A stretch of DNA of 64,000 bases. Origin: Candidatus Bathyarchaeota archaeon (GTDB lineage: Archaea > Thermoproteota > Bathyarchaeia > Bathyarchaeales > Bathycorpusculaceae). A model generated the notes under the pieces. The model did no database searches and was not told the origin of the DNA. It saw only the letters and a list, made by a program, of their open reading frames with translations. Every line of letters begins with the position of its first letter. Positions within the stretch are counted from its first letter, which is position 1. The translations under genes were made by a program, and so were the position numbers. The stretch spans positions 32,001-96,000 of the forward strand of contig CAWAKC010000007.1 of NCBI GenBank assembly GCA_963782525.1, written 5' to 3'. Positions 57,564-64,000 of this stretch are shown piece after piece.

Positions 57564-58235
57564 ATGATTGAAAAAGTTGCTGCGGCAACGGTGCAAGGCA
57601 AAACCTACTTCCTCATAGTTAACAAATTACAGGAGCAAAACATTCCTTTTATCAGTTTAGTGCCCGGAGAATCCGTTCCCCATAGGATTGTGGTAGTCAT
57701 AACCTCTGAGCAAGAAAAACACTTAATTAACCATCAGAAAATCTTAGTTTTAAGTGACGAAGCGGAACTTGATTGTTTAATTGAGCACATAAAGGTGCTA
57801 CTTTTGGGAAAAGAAGCATACAAAAAAATTGTAGTCGGTATTGACCCAGGTGTATCGGTTGGGTTGGTTGCGCTTGCAGACGGAAAAGTTATTGAACAAG
57901 GTAACTGTTTTAGCAATAAAGAAATAATCGACAGCATCCTAAAGATTACAAAAAACATTGACTTGGCAGTAACCCGTGTTTCTGTTAAGATTGGCAACGG
58001 TGTCCCAATATACAAGGAAATGCTCGAAGATTTAGACCAAGCCTTGCCGCCTCAAGTCGTCTTGGAAGTCGTGAGCGAGGCGGGAACTAACAAACCTTTA
58101 AAAGAAAACAAGCGTAGCAGAGGAGTTAGGCATATCGCCTCAGCCAAACGCATAGCTGGAAGAGTAGGAAATATCTGTCCAAGGAGAAAAATAATTGCAG
58201 CACACAATCGAACCCAACAAAACAATGTTAGTTGA
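57564..58235 (+). CDS. Hypothetical protein with RNase H-like (YqgF/RuvC-type) domain
   Basis: VVGIDPG..VG, KIGNG, VSEAGT. Confidence 0.6.
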   Translation: MIEKVAAATVQGKTYFLIVNKLQEQNIPFISLVPGESVPHRIVVVITSEQEKHLINHQKILVLSDEAELDCLIEHIKVLLLGKEAYKKIVVGIDPGVSVGLVALADGKVIEQGNCFSNKEIIDSILKITKNIDLAVTRVSVKIGNGVPIYKEMLEDLDQALPPQVVLEVVSEAGTNKPLKENKRSRGVRHIASAKRIAGRVGNICPRRKIIAAHNRTQQNNVS

Positions 58236-59280
58236 TGGTCCAGCGTCAGTGCGGCTTCTCACGGGAAAAGCTGAAGTTTTCGGCTATCCAATGAAGGAAT
58301 CCCAGAGTGTTCTGATTCTGGAAGGAAAACGGCTCCCATTTTTTATCGCTGAAAAATCAGCTTTTGACATTTCGTTAGGCCCTAATTCTGGCGTAGCTGA
58401 AACGATGGGCAGTACAAATCCGCCATCTTGGGATAAGCCTGTTGAAGCGATTTTGGGTTTACAGAAGCGCCCCGTGGTTGTTGTGATTTTAGGCGGAATC
58501 GACTGTGGAAAAAGTAGCCTTTGCACTTACCTGTTAAACAGGCTAATCGATGGCAAAAGTAAAGTAGCTGTTTTAGACGGAGACTTAGGCCAAGCTGACA
58601 TAGGTCCATCAGCCACTATAGGTTACGGAATAACTTCTAAACGCATACCTGAACTTTACAATTTAAGGCTGAGAAACGCTTTTTTTGTTGGTGTTACCTC
58701 GCCCATAACGGCTTTGTCCAAAACCATCGAGGGCTTAACCGCTATGGAGGCTGAGGTTTTGCAGGGGCAGGCTGATTTTGTTTTGGTTAACACAGATGGT
58801 TTTGTAAGCGGTGACATGGCGGTTAAATACAAAACGGATTTGGTGCAGGCACTAAAACCCGACGTTATCATTGCAATTCAAATGCAAGATGAACTAGCCC
58901 CTCTCATAGCAAGTCTACAAACTCCAGTTTTCACAGTTGAACCATCTTTTGCGCTCAAGCAGCGTCCTCCAGAAAAACGCAAAAGCCTCCGTGAAATGAC
59001 TTATGCACGTTACCTCAAGAATGCGAAACTGCAGTGCTACCCCAAAAGTCAAGTGATAATCGAACCAAGAGGAGCCATACCGAAAAAGCAGGAACCAGAA
59101 AAAGGCTTACTTGTAGGGCTGTGTGGTCGTGGAAGTAAATTTTTAGGAATCGGCGTGCTAAGGGAAATAAATCAACTTCGTAAGACCCTCAAGATTCAAA
59201 CCGCTGTTTCTACTAAACCTTTAAAAATTCTTATCGGAAAAGTTTTGGTAAACGAGAAGCTTCAGGAAGTTCAAGACTGA
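58195..59280 (+). CDS. Clp1/Grc3 family polynucleotide 5'-OH kinase
   Basis: VDGPASV N-domain, GGIDCGKS P-loop, DGDLGQADIGP, NTDG, R..LRE clasp. Confidence 0.88.
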   Translation: MQHTIEPNKTMLVDGPASVRLLTGKAEVFGYPMKESQSVLILEGKRLPFFIAEKSAFDISLGPNSGVAETMGSTNPPSWDKPVEAILGLQKRPVVVVILGGIDCGKSSLCTYLLNRLIDGKSKVAVLDGDLGQADIGPSATIGYGITSKRIPELYNLRLRNAFFVGVTSPITALSKTIEGLTAMEAEVLQGQADFVLVNTDGFVSGDMAVKYKTDLVQALKPDVIIAIQMQDELAPLIASLQTPVFTVEPSFALKQRPPEKRKSLREMTYARYLKNAKLQCYPKSQVIIEPRGAIPKKQEPEKGLLVGLCGRGSKFLGIGVLREINQLRKTLKIQTAVSTKPLKILIGKVLVNEKLQEVQD

Positions 59281-61205
59281 GTCCTAAAGAAATTGCTGAC
59301 TTCAGTCGCTAAGACACCTTTTTTGTCGGGCAAAACTTTCATCCCGCCTGTTATCCAAGAGGGTAAGAAGTTTTTGCAGTAGTTGGTAGCGAAACGGAAG
59401 TCCAAGAACGCTATAGCGCCTCGGTCATCTAGGGTTCTTATGGGTCTTCCAGCTGCCTGCGAAGCTTTTTTCATGGCAGGCAAAACGTATCCATATTCAC
59501 GTCCAAACCCAGGAAAACGCTTATCATAATAGTCGATTTGCGCTTTAATTCTTGGCGTTGGCTCCGCATAAGGCACCCCAACAACGACTACTGAATTCAT
59601 TTGGTTGCCTGGAAAATCCACACCTTCAGACGTCCTGCCGCCCTGAACACCAAGGAACACAGCGCCGCCCTTGTCGCCGCAGGCTTTGAAATCCTGAACC
59701 ATTTTCTCGTTGGCTTTAGAAGTCATACCTTTACGTTCGTGAAAGAGGGGTTTTAAAAGAGCATTCTCTAAGCCTTCAGCCAATAGGGCATTTAAGACTT
59801 GGAAAGAAGCTGCGAAAACGCCTGTGTTAGTTGGAGTACTGTTTACTACTTCGTTTATGCGTTCCACCATGATTTGATACATTTGAGGGGTCCTCTTATC
59901 CATGGAAGTTGTAACACCCAAGGACACGGCTGAGAAAACGTGTTCCTTGGGGAACGGGGAAGACGCAAGGAACTTTACCGTGCTATCGGGCAACTGCGTA
60001 ATTCTTGCAAACGCCTCCAATGGCTGCAGAGTCCCAGACATAATCACGTTAGCATAGGTAGATGAGAAAACGGGCTGCGTAACCTTGGATGGGTCAAGCG
60101 CAACTATCTCAAGCTTGGCGGTTTTATTGTTTTCTTTGTTAAAATATCGGCTTGCAACATTGATGAAGGAGTCATCCTCCAATGTATCAAACCATTTAAG
60201 TAGAAACTCACTCATCGCATGAACATAAGACCTCGGATTTTTGCCTTCAGCAAGCAAGGTTTTCTTGATTGAGGAGCCTGCTTCATGCATATGCTCAAAG
60301 AACTCTCTTGGTCGAGAAATGTTACCTTGTTTTTGTATGATATCAATCAAGCATTTACCCGGAATGATTTCTTCTCGGCTAATCTTGTCTGTGATTTTTT
60401 CCACTTCAAGCCTGAAGAAGTGGGCGAAGTCTTCGATGTCTTTGTTGCCGAAGCGGTTAGCCTCCATCTCCGCAGCCCGCATAACGAAAAGAGAAAGGGT
60501 GCTGCCTGAGATGCTGATGGCTGTTTCAGGCAAGTTGTGAGCTTCATCCACGATTAGGATGATTTTTTGGAGTTCGGTTTCAAGGTTTTTGAGGAAAGCC
60601 GTGCGGATTACAGGGTCGAAAACGTATAGGTAGCTTAATGCGATGACTTTGACGTCAGAGAGCCCAGCCTTTACAAGTTCGTAGGGACAGACTTCTTTTT
60701 TCTTGCAAATCCGCTGGATTTCACTGCCCATGTAAGGGCGACTAGCAACTTGCTGTTGAAGTTGCATGTAATCGTAAGTTCGCTCCTCCACATTAGTGTA
60801 ATATGGACACCTGCTCTTGGCTTTGAGGAGTTCGCAGACTTCCATAAGTGACTTCGAATCGAAAGCGCCTTTGGCGGCGAAGACGTTGAGACACATTTCA
60901 TTGCGTCCACGAATGGAAAGCCCACTAATCTGGTGTTTCCTAAAAACCGCCCTTAACTCCTCGATAACGCGGTCATGTTGACGGTGGGTTCTTGCCACAT
61001 AGAGGATTTTGAGTTTTTTCTCGATAGCGACTGGTAACACTGCAGAGAGGGCGGAGATTGTTTTTCCTAAGCCGTTGCTGCCCTCGATGAGGACTGAACA
61101 GCGGTTAGCGACGGCGTTGTAGACGGTGCTTATGAATTCGTCCTGGTGTGGACGCACGCTATCGTAGGGGAAGTACTCTGCAACTTGGCTGGGCAACTTA
61201 ATCAT
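59271..61205 (-). CDS. xpd: XPD/Rad3 family Fe-S helicase
   Basis: RPHQ, GSNGLGKT, RTHRQ, Fe-S cysteines (CLN, CPYY, CPY), DEAHN, SGTL, SEGVDF, QAAGRPIR. Confidence 0.92.
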   Translation of the reverse strand: MIKLPSQVAEYFPYDSVRPHQDEFISTVYNAVANRCSVLIEGSNGLGKTISALSAVLPVAIEKKLKILYVARTHRQHDRVIEELRAVFRKHQISGLSIRGRNEMCLNVFAAKGAFDSKSLMEVCELLKAKSRCPYYTNVEERTYDYMQLQQQVASRPYMGSEIQRICKKKEVCPYELVKAGLSDVKVIALSYLYVFDPVIRTAFLKNLETELQKIILIVDEAHNLPETAISISGSTLSLFVMRAAEMEANRFGNKDIEDFAHFFRLEVEKITDKISREEIIPGKCLIDIIQKQGNISRPREFFEHMHEAGSSIKKTLLAEGKNPRSYVHAMSEFLLKWFDTLEDDSFINVASRYFNKENNKTAKLEIVALDPSKVTQPVFSSTYANVIMSGTLQPLEAFARITQLPDSTVKFLASSPFPKEHVFSAVSLGVTTSMDKRTPQMYQIMVERINEVVNSTPTNTGVFAASFQVLNALLAEGLENALLKPLFHERKGMTSKANEKMVQDFKACGDKGGAVFLGVQGGRTSEGVDFPGNQMNSVVVVGVPYAEPTPRIKAQIDYYDKRFPGFGREYGYVLPAMKKASQAAGRPIRTLDDRGAIAFLDFRFATNYCKNFLPSWITGGMKVLPDKKGVLATEVSNFFRTQS

Positions 61206-61324
61206 GCGTTATTCCCCTGAATCGTATTTCCTTCCCCCGTCTTGAAAATATAGCCCAAATATGGTTTGCATGCTATAAATACCAATTGAAGCAAAATAGT
61301 CCAGATGCCTGATGCAGTGAGGCA

Positions 61325-61945
61325 TTATTTCCTCAGGTTTTTCATTATTTGCTGTGCTATTTCCAAGTCTTTAGTCGTGTTAACGTTCAAAAGAACCTCA
61401 GTTTCCGAGGTTATGATAGCGCTGGTTTCAATCTTGCCTTCCCCCAAAACTTTGGCGCCATTGATAATGTTCACTCCCGAAACAGCATACCAGACGCCTT
61501 TGTACTCGTCAGTCGAGGAGATGGAGAGCCCAAGGTCCTGACGTTTTTTTATTGGAACGAAGACGGCTAAGAAGTCTTTTCCGCAGCCCTCAAATTCGCT
61601 TACGACTTTATCAAGAAATGGCCCAGTTATCGCTGGTACGTCGGAGGGCATAGTCAGCACAGGACCCATCAGACTGGCCTTCAGAACGGCTTGTTTTAGG
61701 TCGTTGTGGTAGCCTTTAGCGTCTGTACGCAGAACCTTCCAGCCTCTATCTAAACAGTGCTTTTCGGTTTGAGACGTGTTCGCACTGGTTATGACGTAGA
61801 ACTCGGAGACTTTCTGGGCATTTAAGATTGCGTCTGCCACCCAGTCGATGAGCGGTTTACCTAAAAACGGAAGCAACGGCTTCTCAGTTGGCACACCCAT
61901 ACGCGAGCCTTTGCCGCCAGCCATAATTAAAGCAGGAATCATCAC
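61325..61945 (-). CDS. cobY: CobY-like nucleotidyltransferase, copy 2
   Basis: ALIMAGGKGSRM...EKPL, KGYHNDL, SDVP, SGVNII, NVNT. Confidence 0.8.
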   Translation of the reverse strand: MMIPALIMAGGKGSRMGVPTEKPLLPFLGKPLIDWVADAILNAQKVSEFYVITSANTSQTEKHCLDRGWKVLRTDAKGYHNDLKQAVLKASLMGPVLTMPSDVPAITGPFLDKVVSEFEGCGKDFLAVFVPIKKRQDLGLSISSTDEYKGVWYAVSGVNIINGAKVLGEGKIETSAIITSETEVLLNVNTTKDLEIAQQIMKNLRK

Positions 61946-62775
61946 AGCATCACCAGAAACACTACTGCAAACAGAATTAACGTCACAGCACGTGCAACCT
62001 CGTTGGTTGCTCCAATCATATCACCTGAAACCCCGCCGAAAACACCCTCTGAAACCTTCTCCATTACAAATGCCACTGGAATGCTGACTAAAACTATGCC
62101 TACAGCAACTAAACCCCACAGCGGACTAATCGTGAGAGCAAACAAGGGAAAAACAACCAAAACAGCAATCACATAGGCGACGGCGTTGAGTTTCTTTTTG
62201 GCTTTGGAGAGAAAAATCGATCCTAACCCTTTATGGCTGGGCTTTCCAAACCAAACAATCGTAACCATCGATAACTTTGCCGCAATTTCGGCAGCTAATA
62301 TGGCGCCAAAAGCAAACATTGGATTAATAAAAAATAAGCCTATGAAAGCGGCAAATTCCACAACCAACGCCAAAACAGCACCCGAATAGGTTACCGTCCA
62401 AGCGTGCGCAACCATCTTTCTGTCATGCACATTCCGCAAGCCCACGGCATTACCTAAGTCGATTAAGCCATCAAAATGTTGCAGTCCAGTTATCACACTT
62501 AAGAAAGCTATTGTCATAGCTGCAGGAAACAAAGTCGGAAAAACCCAATTGGGCAAACCTGCAAAGCTGTGGATTAAACCTAACAAGAAACCTACAATTA
62601 CGCTTGAACCGAGAAAATATAATCCAGCCAGTAAACCGATAAAGCCGCCTAATAATGGAAAAAGCCAAACATTCTCCGCCGTCGTGAAAATAAAATCTTC
62701 TTTTCCCCCAACTGGAATAATGGTGAGGAAAGATAGCAAATCCCTAAAAGTTTTTATAGTTTTCACCGGCGACAT
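61942..62775 (-). CDS. cobS: CobS-like cobalamin synthase, copy 2
   Basis: SFLTIIP, FPLLG, TGLQHFDGLIDLGN, GGVSGDMIGATNE. Confidence 0.85.
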   Translation of the reverse strand: MSPVKTIKTFRDLLSFLTIIPVGGKEDFIFTTAENVWLFPLLGGFIGLLAGLYFLGSSVIVGFLLGLIHSFAGLPNWVFPTLFPAAMTIAFLSVITGLQHFDGLIDLGNAVGLRNVHDRKMVAHAWTVTYSGAVLALVVEFAAFIGLFFINPMFAFGAILAAEIAAKLSMVTIVWFGKPSHKGLGSIFLSKAKKKLNAVAYVIAVLVVFPLFALTISPLWGLVAVGIVLVSIPVAFVMEKVSEGVFGGVSGDMIGATNEVARAVTLILFAVVFLVML

Positions 62776-62823
62776 ATACCTACAACCTTACTAATAGGGA
62801 ATATAGGCTTTGTCGTGAATTAG

Positions 62824-63759
62824 ATGGCTGAATTGAAAGGGAAAAAAGTGCTGGTTACTGGTGGAGCAGGCTTTATAGGCTTTCACCTGTGCAATAAACT
62901 GTCACAACTGACGGATGACTTAACGATTTATGATAACCTATCAAGCGGTCTAATGAAAAATGTTAAGGATGTTCCCAAAGCCAACTTTATCAAAGGCGAC
63001 ATACTGGACCTCAAAACGCTTTGCAGTTTACCCAAGAGCGATTTAATCTACCATTTAGCAGCACAAGTCGTCGTGGGTTACTCTATGGAGAACCCTCTCG
63101 TTGATTTTGAGACGAACGCCAAAGGAACGTTGTGTGTTTTAGAAAAAGCCCGCAAAGACGACGCAAAAGTGGTTTTTGCTTCCAGCGCCGCAGTCTACGG
63201 CAACCCTACAGTATTTCCAACTCCCGAATCATATGGCTTTCACCCATTCTCATGCTATGGCTTATCCAAAGTGGTAGGCGAAGAATACTGCCAAATGTAC
63301 CGAGAACAATATGGATTAGACATTGTAATAACACGTTTCGCCAACGTTTACGGCCTGCGATGCCATGGCGTTATCCATGACTTCCTTGATAAACTAGCCA
63401 ACAATCCCAATAAACTTGAAATCATCGGTACTGGTGAGCAATGCCGCGATTTCGTACATGTATCAGATGTGGTTGCGGCATTAGTTAAGGTGGGTTCAGA
63501 GGATTATGTTAACTGCGAAGTCTACAACTTGGGGCTCGGCAAAACCACATCCATAATAGAATTAGCCAAATTGATACTGACCATTCTTGATCTTCAAGAC
63601 AAAACGGTCGTCACAACCACAGGCGTTTCATGGCAGGGCGACGTAACCAAAATCTGGTTTGACATCTCCAAAGCTAAAAAAGAGCTCAAATGGACACCCA
63701 AAGTAACGTTGGAAGAAAGCATCAAAGAAGTCATCGCTGACAGGAAAATTAAGAAATGA
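62824..63759 (+). CDS. NAD-dependent epimerase/dehydratase (GalE-like extended SDR)
   Basis: VTGGAGFIG, HLAA, ASSAAVYG, YGLSK, RFANVYG, RDFVHV. Confidence 0.92.
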   Translation: MAELKGKKVLVTGGAGFIGFHLCNKLSQLTDDLTIYDNLSSGLMKNVKDVPKANFIKGDILDLKTLCSLPKSDLIYHLAAQVVVGYSMENPLVDFETNAKGTLCVLEKARKDDAKVVFASSAAVYGNPTVFPTPESYGFHPFSCYGLSKVVGEEYCQMYREQYGLDIVITRFANVYGLRCHGVIHDFLDKLANNPNKLEIIGTGEQCRDFVHVSDVVAALVKVGSEDYVNCEVYNLGLGKTTSIIELAKLILTILDLQDKTVVTTTGVSWQGDVTKIWFDISKAKKELKWTPKVTLEESIKEVIADRKIKK

Positions 63760-64000
63760 ATGCAGCCGGGTCAGCTAGAGCTCTAGTTGCTCTGCTGCGG
63801 CTTCCCTACTGGCTGATGACCGGCGGTTTGGCGGTGCTAACGGCATTCGCCATCCTAAAAGGCAACTTTTCAAGTATACAAACTTCAGTTGGAACCCTAA
63901 GTTTTGGGTTAGTTGCGCTTCTGACTTTCTTTTCCATGGCACTCATTGCTTCTGCAGGGTTTGCAATAAACGATTATTTTGACAGGGAAAGCGACGCAGT
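63756..64000 (+). CDS. UbiA family prenyltransferase (DGGGP synthase-like); truncated by window end
   Basis: ATG overlaps the upstream TGA; MNAAGSARALVALLRLPYW...AGFAINDYFDRESDA contains the first Asp-rich motif. Confidence 0.82.
   Translation, partial: MNAAGSARALVALLRLPYWLMTGGLAVLTAFAILKGNFSSIQTSVGTLSFGLVALLTFFSMALIASAGFAINDYFDRESDA

Noticed and set aside
46926-61205. Inteins or inactivation in PolB1, TopA or XPD
   Set aside because: Lengths are ordinary, catalytic motifs are intact and contiguous, and no intein splice motifs were seen.

Overview
Archaeal chromosomal DNA of TACK type. The gene content (PolB1, Fe-S RpoD, OSTC-like and PAC4-like proteins, many TTG/GTG starts) fits Bathyarchaeia best; this taxon call is inference. 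Most of the window is housekeeping: a split glutamate synthase operon, tRNA-Glu, thermosome, KEOPS/Sua5, the rps13-rps4-rps11-rpoD-rpl18e-rpl13-rps9-rpoN cluster, the proteasome/exosome cluster, cobamide late-assembly genes, an ECF module, prefoldin, two MoeA, PolB1, AglH/AglB, TopA, CarS, RadB, Clp1 and XPD. I saw no CRISPR array, IS element or prophage. Highlights: (1) an uncharacterised pilin / coiled-coil / roadblock-DPBB fusion / roadblock cluster; (2) an Acinetobacter-type bifunctional mannitol-1-P dehydrogenase/phosphatase inserted among ribosomal and exosome genes; (3) eukaryote-like OSTC/DC2 and PAC4 homologues; (4) a duplicated cobS-cobY pair; (5) an AT3 acyltransferase paired with an SGNH protein; (6) rps11 with an apparent CTG start; (7) several micro-ORFs missed by the ORF track. 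All calls come from motif recognition by eye; no database search was run.
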